A DNA stretch of 60,224 nt, counting the filler, from Circinaria calcarea (Eukaryota), in assembly GCA_051942165.1 (NCBI GenBank). It is 12 parts of 12 records of this genome, joined end to end, with 100 filler letters (N's around TTAATTAATTAA, not from the genome) between each part and the next. Parts side by side here need not be neighbours in the genome. Positions count along the whole stretch, not along the records: positions 10,080 to 15,011 come from JAVECS010002113.1; positions 15,112 to 20,039 come from JAVECS010002114.1; positions 20,140 to 25,067 come from JAVECS010002115.1; 9 more parts are not named here. One strand, given 5' to 3'. A program made the position numbers and the translations under genes. This document shows, piece after piece, positions 13,272 to 23,997 of this stretch. The notes under the pieces are model-generated. The model ran no database searches. It saw only the letters and a program-made list of their open reading frames with translations, and was not told the DNA's origin. How positions within the stretch are numbered: position 1 is the stretch's first letter; each line of letters starts with the position of its first letter.

Positions 13272-15011
13272 TCAAAAAGCTTCGGCCTCCCTAACCGCCT
13301 GCCGGAAAGCCATGTCTACGTTTTCCTTCCTGTAACCCGGTGCGCGGCCCATGCAGACGCTGTGGCTATTTAGAACTGTGCTTTTCAATTAGCTTATGTG
13401 TAGTATAGGTGATTGATCGAACGGGGGAGGAGAAGACTAACGCTCGAGGAGTTTGTCGACGTCGATTGTGAGTTTGCGCTTCCTGGAAGCGAAGGAACGG
13501 GGAGGGTAGGTGGGTAATAAGTTCATGTTCGTGTTTGTATTCGTGCTTAGGGCGGGCTGAGAGGCAGGATAGATGGTGGGGTTTGGGTTGGATTTCGCGT
13601 TTCCGTTTGCGCTATTGCTCCACTCGAGGGCGAGGTCTATGCTCTCGTTACTTGTATTGAGACCTGGCAGGTCTTCCACAAGCCAGGCAGAGGAAGAAGG
13701 ATTCATATTGAAAAAGTAAGGGTCGCTGTCGTTCGCCGGCAACCGATTTGGAATCAATGCTTGATCCCCAGGGCTTGCAGGTGAGTCGAAACTATCTGTC
13801 GAACAACTGTACGGAGAACCTGTCGCCGTTCCTGGAGGCAGCGATTTAAGCGGAAACGGGGCATCGACCTCGATTTCTGCGAGCGAAGATTGCCCATCGA
13901 GATAGAGCCCCTTGGTCCTGAGGTATTGCTCCACATCGTTTGGATCAAACCAGATACCCTCGCAATTGGCGAACTTGGAAAACTCATCCACCTCCAACTG
14001 ATCTGCTTCCCTCGTTTGCGCAACGCCCAATCTCCTTGGCGCCTTACTTATCCTTTCTTCCCTCCAATTCATCGGTGCAGGATCGGTTTCGCTGTCCAAT
14101 CCCCCACGAGGGTAATGGAGTCCAGCACCTCCATTATGCAAGATCGGGGCGGCCCAGTTTTCCAAGTTCTGGTGGCGAGTGTAGGAGAGAACTTGGTGGA
14201 TGCGGGAGGTGATGGATTGGAGGTTTGCGTAGCAAAAGGAGAAGCGGAGGCGATAGTGGATGGTTTCCTGGGAGGAGCTGGGGTCGGTGATGATACGGTA
14301 GGCTTTTTCGTACGATGAGCGGAAGAGCCGGCGGGCGAAGGTGGTTTCTTGGAAGGAGTATGTAAAAGGGGATTGGAGGGAGTCGGGGATACTTGGGGTC
14401 ATGCTTGAGATCGAATCTGTGGTGGACCTGGAGTATTGGGGGTTCCCCTCCATGTTATACGATTGCAGGTCCAGCTGCTGCCAGTTGGGATCCTTCCAGC
14501 CATGGTTGATACTGTAGTTTTGGTTTGCTATAGGCTGTTGTCCATTATTGCTGGTTCCGATATCGGACAGCGGTACCTCTTCATATGAAACCTCGTAACC
14601 TAGCATTGCTGTCGTCTCAGGGGCCGAGTATTGAAGCGGCAGTTCCAATTGAGACACTGAGGATACGAAGAGAGGTTGACCTGGATTGGTGATATAATCG
14701 TCTTGATTCGATTCATGGCTGGTCTCCCGCGGGATTTCCTCAATCTCATCGATATTCGAGTCAAGTTTCGCATTTTGCGCTAACTGCAGAAAGCGATTTG
14801 TCGTTTTGTTAAGCTCAAGTCCCAAATCCGGATTTAATCCAGCGATCCCGGACGAAATGGCTTTGGTGTTGTAATCCAGGAAGATTTGGTTCATTTCACT
14901 AACGGTACCCACTAGTGCAGAGACTCGTTGTTCCAGGGCCGAGATGGTTGTTTCCTTCCTTTCCCGATATGCTCGCTGGGCAAGTCTGATTTGGGTACGG
15001 CGGCGCTTGAA
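13272..15011 (-). CDS. bZIP transcription factor (fungal RRRTQIRLAQRAYR type); 5'-truncated
   Basis: Frame extends upstream of the listed ORF as RRRTQIRLAQRAYRERKETTISALEQRV; TYSFQETTFARRL motif. Intron 13376-13441 leads to terminal exon VCMGRAPGYRKENVD..F*. Confidence 0.9.
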
Positions 15012-15428
15012 NNNNNNNNNNNNNNNNNNNNNNNNNNNNNNNNNNNNNNNNNNNNTTAATTAATTAANNNNNNNNNNNNNNNNNNNNNNNNNNNNNNNNN
15101 NNNNNNNNNNNGTGTTTGGCTGGCTAGGTATGTTTCTTGAAAGCTTATCTCTTATGTCTTATACAGTATATTAGCTAGGTTACGGGGTAGCTTTTTTCAG
15201 TACTTGGAGCTGTGTGGGGAGAGATTTGATGAGTGCAGGGAGGTTAACGATCAAAGAAGGACGGGAGTGGTATTGCTCGTTGGAAAGCAGTGGAAATGAT
15301 AGTGCGGATGCTGATTTACTGTAATGCAGCTTCGGGTTGGGAAAATGAGGTAGAATCACAGTGGCGACGGTTATCAACCTCTCCTACCCCCTTTTTCTTT
15401 TATTTCCCCCCCCCAAAATCACCCACAA

Positions 15429-16157
15429 TTATTTCACCACCGCCAATAAAAACCCATCATATTTCTTCACCCCGACCGTCTGCAACACACACGCCTCCAC
15501 CCGGTCATCCTTGCCGATGCCCTCGACCGCCCTCCGGACCCCCGCCACATTCACATCCGTCTTGGCCACTTCGGCATCCGCCAGCATGCCCTTGCGCACC
15601 ATGTTATCCACATACACCACCCCTCTCGCCCGCGTATGCGTCACCGCCCAGTCAAAGTACGGCAGCGCGTTCTCCTTGTCCGCATCGATGAAGGAGAAAT
15701 CAAACTTCTCCCGCTTGCCCTGGGAAATCTCGTCGGCGATACGGGGCAGCACGTCCAACGCGGCACCAACGATGACCTCGATGCGATCGTCCAGCCCGGC
15801 AAAGTGGATGTTCTCCCGGGCGATTTCCGCAACGTGGGGGTCGATTTCGAGGGTGGTGATGTGGACAGTGGGGCTGGCGCTGGCCATCCAGATGGTCGAG
15901 TAGGCGCCCAGCATGCCGATTTCGAGCACGTGCCGGGCATCGATGATTTGGCATTGGATGGCGAGGAATTTGCCCTGGGACGGGGCGACGGAGATGTCTT
16001 CGAGGCCCTTGGCGATGGAGTTTTTGTAGGCGTGCTCGATGGCGGAGTGGTAAGGCCGTGATGGCGGGGAAAGGCGGGGGAATTGGTAGGCGTCGACAGC
16101 CGTCCAGCGGGGATCCTGTTCAACGGTATAGGGTTGAGAGCCTCCTGTCGAAGACAT
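15429..16157 (-). CDS. SAM-dependent O-methyltransferase, CCoAOMT-like family 3
   Basis: VLEIGMLGAYSTIW, FDFSFIDADK, VYVDN, KYDGF motifs; intronless; ATG in AAAATGTC context. Confidence 0.93.
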   Translation of the reverse strand: MSSTGGSQPYTVEQDPRWTAVDAYQFPRLSPPSRPYHSAIEHAYKNSIAKGLEDISVAPSQGKFLAIQCQIIDARHVLEIGMLGAYSTIWMASASPTVHITTLEIDPHVAEIARENIHFAGLDDRIEVIVGAALDVLPRIADEISQGKREKFDFSFIDADKENALPYFDWAVTHTRARGVVYVDNMVRKGMLADAEVAKTDVNVAGVRRAVEGIGKDDRVEACVLQTVGVKKYDGFLLAVVK

Positions 16158-17846
16158 TTTGGGAAGACTGGGGGAAACGATGAAGAGCGAACAGGGAGAG
16201 GGTTCGTGTCGGTGACTTGTCACCGATTGGGGGTATACTGCAACGAGGACGCTTGGTTGCGAGGACTCTGGTCAGGTCGGGGAAAAGTAAAGTGATGGGC
16301 GCGAATGTTGGTGAATAAAATCATGTGCCTGAAAAGTTCCCAAGCGGGGCCAAAAACACGAACATGGGGTGGGGGAGTTTGGAGTTTCGCAAAGTCCCCG
16401 GCGGAGTTGACGACTGCTTGCTTTTTCTGCAAAGATGCTTCGTGTGTGCACATCTCGCGCTAATTTGCTGCTTAAGAGGGTTAAGGTACGGGGTGCTGGC
16501 ACCGCGACCAGGTCGCAGTCAGAGATTGAGCTAGCCCGTACCTTGGGTACTGCATATGCAAGATGCATGCACACACTTCTACCATATGGTACCAGAGAAG
16601 GACTCTAGGGATTCATGAGCCGAGCAGTAACCGACCACCTTAATAGGCCTCGGGGGAGAGCCGCATTCACTCCGCTTTACCGATTAGGTGAGTGAATGCT
16701 TTGGATGGTAAGTCATCGAATCTTTCAAGATTTTGATTCAGTCGAAAAGCTTCAGAGTAGGGGCAGATCACACGAGAGCCGGCCTCCGAGGAAAAGCTCG
16801 GTTTAGCCGAGACGAGCGCGTTTATGTCGCTGTCACGTCCATTTTCATCCTTTTCATTCTTTTCAGCCTTTCCTGCTCTGCATCTGAAGCGGGGCAATTG
16901 GGGCATTTCGCTGAATTTTGTACCATAATGAGTTTTATTGTGTACGGAAGACCGGCACCGATACCCTAACTTTTGATATCGTGAGGTCCAGGTGATACCG
17001 ACCCTGGGTTAGCCTCCACCCGGAACGGAATAATCATTGAACCGTGCTTAACGTGCTCAGCTCGAGGAATTTTGGCAAAGTAGCAATCTTAGCATGTTTA
17101 TATACTCAAGTTACTTGGAGCATTCCAAGGCTTTAAGCAAGATAAACATTCCAAATTTGTATATAATATATAAATAGGGGCCAATTTCCTTATGAAATCC
17201 ACGAATTCATCTTCATAGTCGATGATTATTGTGAAAGAAACAGGCACGGCGGTAGCAGTAAACAGCCATGTGATGGTTCCTGTGTGTGAAACAGGTTCGT
17301 TGCATTATTATGCAAGTGGTATGCGTATGCTATAATAAGGGATCCCTTTACGAATAGTCCAATGATCTTATGAACAAGCGTCGGTAGATTATGTGATAAA
17401 ACATTTAGGGCTTTCTTGGAAGTGCGGGTCGATTCAGTCATGTCAGATCTCTGAACATCTCTTACATGGTTTTTTTTAGGGGTGGAGTTTTGGCATGGAA
17501 TCGGTAGTCTACAGAACACAAGAGAGTAAACAGCACATTCGTTTCGGAACCGTGAAGACACTGAATAATATTCCAGCAGAGAAGTCTTAAATGTTTGTCA
17601 GGGAGATCTGACACAGCGGCTGTTGAGCATGCAGTAATGTGTGATGGCATTCATGCTCTCTGAGTATGTAACTATCTATTCTAACTATGCTGTGAAAAGT
17701 GCTTTTTATGGGGTGTGTAGGAAGTGTTGAGCATGGACCTCCCAAGCAACACATGCTCGGTAAGCCCTATGACTTCCAACAGCGGCTACCAAGTCAATGT
17801 TGCCAGCCCATAGAGCCTTGTGACCGGAACCGTCCCCCGTTCTTGA

Positions 17847-18713
17847 TTAGGTCTCGAGATTGAACATCTTCGAAAAGGGATCCCAAGACGGATCGGTATG
17901 CCGCACATACTCCAGTTTATTCGCGATTCCCTCGGCCACATCGGATCCATACACCTCTGCCACGAACGCCAGAGTAGCGTCGAGTCCCGCCGACACCCCC
18001 GACGACGTCCATATGTTTCCGTCTACCACCCAGCGCGCCGTGGGGACCCACTGGACTAGGGGCGCTTTGGAAGTAATGCTTTCCCACGATGCCTTATTGG
18101 TAGTTGCCCGCTTTCCATCCAGGATGCCGGCTTGCGCAGCGAGCGATGATCCCGTGCATACCGTGATAAGGTATCGCAGCTTCGGGTAAGTTTCCTTGAT
18201 GTATGCAATCGTCGAGTTGAGATATGGTGAGCGCGAGCCGAGGCCGCCGGGGATTATCAGGACTTCCAGATCCTTTGGAGCAGTCGCTAACGTATGGGTG
18301 GGCACGACCTGTGCATGGAAAGTGGAGTTGTAGGGGTTCATCGAAGGGGTCATGGGTCGTGTGGTGACGGGTGCCATTGTTTGAGAAATGAGCGCGAGGT
18401 TTAATTTACGATTGAACGTCATTAGTGAAAAGACGTTTAGCGGGCCGAAGACGTCCATGGGCTCAAAGGCTTGGTAAAGAATCATGCCATAGTTTGTTGG
18501 CGGTGACGATTCCGGGTAAGGAACTGTGAGCGTTAGCTTAGAAGAGCAGAAGTGACGGAGGCGTAGGTTGTCTTGTTCGAGTAATAGAGCGGTCGTCACC
18601 AAGAACGTACTTTTGGATGGCCCCACCGTAGATTCTTCCTCCGATAGCCGTCCCTCAATAGGCATGGCCCAGGAAAGCCAGGCAAAGATGATGAGCTGAG
18701 TCACAAGATGCAT
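17847..18713 (-). CDS. DJ-1/PfpI family protein (InhA/isonitrile hydratase-like) with predicted signal peptide
   Basis: FEPMDVFGP, LIIPGGLG, VCTGS nucleophile elbow, RATTNK, WVVDGNIWTSSGVSAG. In-frame 87-nt intron 18524-18610 (GTACGT..GCTAAC..CAG). Hydrophobic N-terminus MHLVTQLIIFAWLSWA. Confidence 0.92.
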   Translation of the reverse strand: MHLVTQLIIFAWLSWAMPIEGRLSEEESTVGPSKSTFLVTTALLLEQDNLRLRHFCSSKLTLTVPYPESSPPTNYGMILYQAFEPMDVFGPLNVFSLMTFNRKLNLALISQTMAPVTTRPMTPSMNPYNSTFHAQVVPTHTLATAPKDLEVLIIPGGLGSRSPYLNSTIAYIKETYPKLRYLITVCTGSSLAAQAGILDGKRATTNKASWESITSKAPLVQWVPTARWVVDGNIWTSSGVSAGLDATLAFVAEVYGSDVAEGIANKLEYVRHTDPSWDPFSKMFNLET

Positions 18714-19657
18714 TCAGGGATTTTTCAAGAGTTGATGGAGTCGTGCTATGGACAGCAGTACAGCATATTGAGGAAGCTAAAGTACAAGAACAAGTTGAGA
18801 TTCTGTGAAATCCATTCACCACAGTGAACCTGCTTGACCTTACCAAATATTGAAAATAGAGTAAATAACTTGCTCAAATGAACTCCAGTAACGGCGGACC
18901 GGGTACAACCTGCGTCCACAGATCTATGAAGGAAATTGGCGTGCCAAGGGAATATATGCACGATTCCTTGTACAATTGAAAGATTCTGCTAGCGTCTCGC
19001 TTTACATCTTACTACCTAGATTTGCGCGGTGTGGCAGTGGAGAGGATGTGTAAGAGGTAGCCGATTCACGGTATGTAGACTTGCAAAACGTATAGAATCT
19101 CGCTCCTTTTGAAAGAAGTAAAAAACAGAATACTTAAACCACATATCGGGAAATCTCAATTTCTGTTGTTATATATAGCCATGCTCGATGTAATAGAAAA
19201 GGCGGATAAGTCGCTGGGCGACTTTCCCATTTAAAACCTAGTTTGTTGCAATTGGCAGTCTGTTCAAACTTGCTGGTGCACACGCATTTTGAGGGACTGC
19301 GCAGCAAGGCGTGCCCGCAGCGCATGGTCAGGACTATTACCTGGCGACTTAAGAGTCGTATACCGTACTGTACGGATGTACAGTGAGGGCAAAGTGACTA
19401 TTGCTGCTTGGTAGTGATCTGAGAGACCTCACCAGGGTACCCACAAAAGCTCTCGGAACACAGATAATAGGCACAGAGACATAATATGGGCGATCAACTC
19501 TTGAAGATCGATATGGTTGCAAGGGTACTTGACTGTTTGATTTTGAAACACGAGCAGACTCCTCCAAACCATTTCAGGAAGATACTCTATAATAGAGCAG
19601 AGATTCGAAGCGTTCCATCTAGAGTCCAATCCCATTGTCTCCTTCCTCCGACTGTAT

Positions 19658-20039
19658 CTACCCACAGCAAATTGTAGCCTCGTTGGCTACGCTCGTCTGG
19701 CCACTTGCGCTACTCAGTGTGAACTTTGGAACCGCATGCAAGGGACAGGGCACTCTTTCTTACCTTCCACCGAGGAACTCCCAAGAAAAAATGAAAGCTC
19801 CAATGTAAGCTCCGATGAAAATGCAAATGATTATGTAGCCATTGTAGTACATAGCTAGTCTGAGAGCCCGATTAGAACGTGTTTCATTCGTCGATGATAG
19901 TGTAGGACTCACAGCATGATGAAGTACGCAACAGCGAATTGAACCATGTGCAAGAGAGCCCTGATAGCCTGCTGAAGCACGGACGGCTTGAAAGGACCTG
20001 CTCCTACCTCCCCGATCGCGATTTGGGTTGCATCTTTGG
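19658..20039 (-). CDS. Ctr copper transporter, C-terminal part (5'-truncated; absent from ORF track)
   Basis: Spliced translation KPSVLQQAIRALLHMVQFAVAYFIMLLAMYYNGYIIICIFIGAYIGAFIFSWE...EATICCG* contains MxxxM-x12-GxxxG and a terminal CC. Introns 19860-19912 and 19710-19763. Confidence 0.93.
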
Positions 20040-20140
20040 NNNNNNNNNNNNNNNNNNNNNNNNNNNNNNNNNNNNNNNNNNNNTTAATTAATTAANNNNN
20101 NNNNNNNNNNNNNNNNNNNNNNNNNNNNNNNNNNNNNNNC

Positions 20141-20278
20141 ATACAGGCAGCGCCTTTGCAAAGACCGGGAATGCCGGTTGAAGTTGCCGGAGCCTATGTG
20201 TTCCTCGCATCACCGATGGGAACGTACTTTACTGGGGAGGTCATTCACGGTACCGGAGGAATCGAGATGCAAGGTTAG
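20141..20278 (+). CDS. Short-chain dehydrogenase/reductase, C-terminal fragment (5'-truncated; absent from ORF track)
   Basis: APLQRPGMPVEVAGAYVFLASPMGTYFTGEVIHGTGGIEMQG* matches the classical SDR C-terminal pattern. Confidence 0.85.
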   Translation: MQAAPLQRPGMPVEVAGAYVFLASPMGTYFTGEVIHGTGGIEMQG

Positions 20279-20427
20279 GCCTTCAATGATCGTGAGGGTC
20301 CTTGCTATATGTAACACTGAGCTTCCAAACCAATAAAAGCTGTAACAAGACCAACGATAGTACCGTCGGTATAGCAGCCACATGTGATGTATAAATTCAA
20401 CCGGACTGATACTGTATCTTTTCCCTA

Positions 20428-20630
20428 CAGCCACTCTTTCGAGACATGATATATTGTAATTGTTTTATCAGGCCCCAAACTGAGGATCTCCAAGTACCGC
20501 TTACGTTCTTGAAAGGGAGCAGGATGGAAACAGGAAGAAGCTGAAAGAGAGTAGAAAGGAAGTAGAATAGGGAGCTGACAGGGAGGAGGGAGGGAGCAGA
20601 AGGGAGCAGAAGAGGGAGTAGAGCGATGAA
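20428..20630 (+). mobile_element. Decayed transposon-like end with GGGAGCA-type subrepeats (left copy)
   Basis: Starts TA|CAG; shares three ordered blocks with the reverse complement of 23867-23968. Confidence 0.55.
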
Positions 20631-21331
20631 TAGTCTTTTTAGTGTGAGAGCGAGGCGTCGTCATCTAAATCACTCAATAACCATGTCGATCGGACCATCG
20701 AATCGGGGGAATTTATGTACATATATACATTATATAAGGGGGGGTGGTTTAGCGTCCCTTCAAACGTTTTGTCCTAGTACTGTACCTTAGGCTATTTACA
20801 TCGAGATTAAGGGTTTATGCGAGCGTGTGACGCATTTAGCGCAATTAAAAAAAGGCAGGTTGCGGGGACTTGTTATATTTCGATACCATCGCCCCTCGGT
20901 AATGGAAACGTGCGAGCATATCAAAAAAAAAATCGATTTAAAAGATCACGACATATGGTAGGCGCTTAGAACCTTCGACTGGGGAGCATGAAAAAAAACA
21001 AGCACAAACAACGAAATAGAATAACTCATGCTTCGTGTTTAAAAAGGGGAACGTGAGGGAATAAACAAAGGTCGATTGGTGGCCCGGAAAACTGTCTTGC
21101 ATGTATGTTACCCTGAGGAATTAGCCTGGTGCAATATATATAGCGCAGCTTCGAGGAATCTACTCCAGATCAAATCCTGCGGAGTCTGCATTAGATATTA
21201 TATCCACGGCTTTTTAAATCTTCGACCCCAAGTCGGTTCCACGAGGATAAGGTCGAGCTTCAAATTTGTTCTTGTTCTCCACGACTGCCCGCCATTAACC
21301 ACACTCTATATAAAAGTCCTCGGAAAGAACC

Positions 21332-22328
21332 TCACGAAACCTGCGCCCATTCCTCCAGCGCATCAAACAGTCTCCCACACAGACCCCCGTGCCACCCCCT
21401 CAACTCCTCCCACTCAGGCAAACAATTCCGCATCATCTGCAACCAGCCGCCGACAATCAAATCCGCATACATGGGCGTCCCCCCCTCCAAGAAGGGCCCC
21501 TCGTCGCGGCGGACGAACCACGCGGCCAGATCGCTCCCCAGCGCGGCCTCGAACGCGCCGAGCCTCTTCTTCCGCTCGTCGCTCCCTTGCGGGATCTCCA
21601 AGTCCTCCCACCGTGTCACGCCCGCGCGACGCGCAAACTCGGCCCGTGAGGTTTCGGCGGTCGCAGGATCGAACGGCAGGTAATATCCTACGAGCGGCGC
21701 GCCATGTGTGCTGAAGAGGGCGTCGACGTGTCTGTTGAAGGAGCGGTGGAGGGCGATGGTGTTGGAGGGAAAGAGCGGTCTGGAGGAGTGCTTATTATGC
21801 AGGTGGAGGGCGATGTCGAATGAGTCGCCAATGAGGGTTCCCTCCTGCTGCGTGGAGGAAGAGGAGCTGGCGGTGGAATGATCGTGCAGAACGGGGAGCG
21901 TTGGGAAGTCGGTACCGTCAGCATGCGTGCGGCACGCGGGAACGCCGAGCTTCTTGCGTGTCGCGGCGACTTCGGGGAGAGCGACCCAGGTGGTTTGGTA
22001 AGAGGTGCGAGTAAAGTTAAGGGCGTAGCTGTGGCAAGTATTAGTCGTAAGAGGAGCTATGGAGAAAGGAGAATATTGTGGCATACCGCGCTTTCCACGG
22101 GTTCGGGGCAAAGGGCCGGATTGGTGGCCCCGAGGCGATATCGTCTGCAAAAAAACAGTTAGTCATTTATACAATTTTTTAAAACTGCTTAAGAAAGCGA
22201 CAGAGTCACTCGTGAAATAATTAGAATAAAGGAATAAGGATTAGGGTTAGGGGTTTTTCGGTAACTTAAACGAGTAATTCGCTGGATCCTTACGTACAAA
22301 ATGTCATGATGGATTTTTGTGCGTCCAT
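21332..22328 (-). CDS. Glutathione S-transferase, GSTFuA/LigE-etherase-like
   Basis: Exons 22328-22298, 22144-22087, 22028-21332 give MDAQKSIMTFYDIASGPPIRPFAPNPWKARYALNF..TLPVL..LIGDSFDIA..GPFLEGGTPMYADL. Canonical splice sites; frame intact. Confidence 0.92.
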
Positions 22329-22639
22329 AATGGTGGCAGAAGATGCAGTTTCTTAGATACTGTCTGGTTTTGGTGTTATGATATCGATAAATCTTTAAAA
22401 AACCTATCTGTCTGTCCTCCAAAACCCAGAGAGCACCCGTGTATATAGATGCTCGTTGCCGGGGAAAAAAAGGGCACCGTCAGTTCCCTACAGTCCTTCG
22501 AGCAGGTTTTATATCAATATCAGTGGGTGGTAAGCAAATAAGCAATTGGAGTCACAGGAATAAGGCACGAAATAGCAGGTAAGCAAGTGATTGACTCTTA
22601 AGGATTTTAAGAAGAGAATCCTTTGCTGTTTATCTAAGC

Positions 22640-22730
22640 ACTTGGCTTAGTGCTTACACACCCTCATAACGACTTGGCTTGGCGCTTACACAACCTCATA
22701 ATGACTTGGCGCTGTCATAAGGTCATAACG
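22640..22730. repeat. 32-bp tandem duplication plus partial third unit; possible solo-LTR relic
   Basis: 22640-22671 vs 22672-22703 identical at 28/32; partial unit at 22704-22713. Confidence 0.7.
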
Positions 22731-23727
22731 TCACGCCCAAGAAAAGAGGTGCATTACAGGGGAGGGCGCTACGTCTTCAATGAGCCTGACGGTGTAACCG
22801 TGATGTGTATGTGATAAAGTGCTACTGAAACACTATGGTAGTGCTATGAAATACTATGTTATGTGTGCTGGGTCTTCTGCTGCTGTGTATATGTGTAATG
22901 TGTCACAAACGTATGTGGGGGAATACTCGGGGAATCACTGACATATACAGCGAAAAGTGCGCCCAATTAACGCTGTTTCCCCGCCATCTTCTCCAATCAT
23001 GACATTCGCTTGTTTTCGGTTTTCAGTTGCGCTGCCAGGCTAATAGTTATGCATGGCTATGTGAAAATTACGTCACCTAGCTTTAGACCAAAAAACCCCG
23101 CAATTTACAGAGATACCGCGGTTCCACGTTTGCTTTTACATCCTCTATCCTAAGCCTATATGAACTCGTAAGTGCTATAAAGTCGCAATTTTTATACTTA
23201 TATGGTATGTTTTTAGTCTGTAAAACTCGGTTGCTAGTGATTGCACTCCTATCGATATATTCGATTATCTCTCTTGAATCATACAGCCGCAATCTCCTTT
23301 ACCAACCGCGATGGTGGATTGCGTTATTTACGATGATACGGGATGTGGTCTACTGGAAACATGTTCCGTGTGAATGTAATATAACTCAAATATTTACAAA
23401 CGATTATCAAGCTTGTCCACGTTGTATGTAAAGTCCAGGTTGGATGTGGGTTTTGATAGACCAGCCCGGGCGGGCGTGTCCAGCATGTCATAAATGAGTC
23501 TCAATTGAGGAACTCAGCTACTATTATTATAGCCGAGGCCTCCACAAAGGCACTTCACACTCACTGGCAGAGCAGAGTGCAAATTTGGAATGGGAATAAG
23601 TATCGGCAATAGCGGCTGAGTCCAAGCAGTAGACGGCCTTATGTTTGAAAATAGTTGGAGGCAACAGTAGCCGGGTTAAACAGAGCCAATTTGGGCTCCC
23701 ATGTACTGCGCCTTGGTGAATACGGGA

Positions 23728-23968
23728 CCCTGTTCTCTCCTACTCCCTTTTGTTCTCTCGATGCTCCCCCTATGCTCCCCCTTGCTCCCCCATAGTGCTC
23801 CCTTATGCTCCTCCTTTGCTCTTTTGCTACGCCCCAGTGCTCCCTTATTGCTCCCTCCAAAGCGGCCCTGCTCCCTTTCCCGATTCAAAAGGGCAACCTC
23901 TGATCCTAAGTTCGGGGTGTATATAATATACATAAAAAATACAAAACCTGTCTCAAAAGTAATGTCTG
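23728..23968 (-). mobile_element. Decayed transposon-like end with GGGAGCA-type subrepeats (right copy, inverted)
   Basis: Array of TGCTCCC units at 23760-23876; terminal region homologous to 20428-20523 in opposite orientation. Confidence 0.55.
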
Positions 23969-23997
23969 AATAGTCCTCTCACACCGCCTCTCACCCG

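Noticed and set aside
15290..16123. Several long overlapping antisense or alternate-frame ORFs over the OMT (also over GST and other GC-rich genes)
   Set aside because: Shadow ORFs from high GC3; low-complexity Pro/Arg/Ser translations with no motifs.
22241..22252. TTAGGGTTAGGG telomere-like motif in GST intron 1
   Set aside because: Only two units, internal; compatible with chance.
23639..23973. ORFs with REH/GAL-type repeats
   Set aside because: Translations of the GGGAGCA nucleotide repeat array, not proteins.
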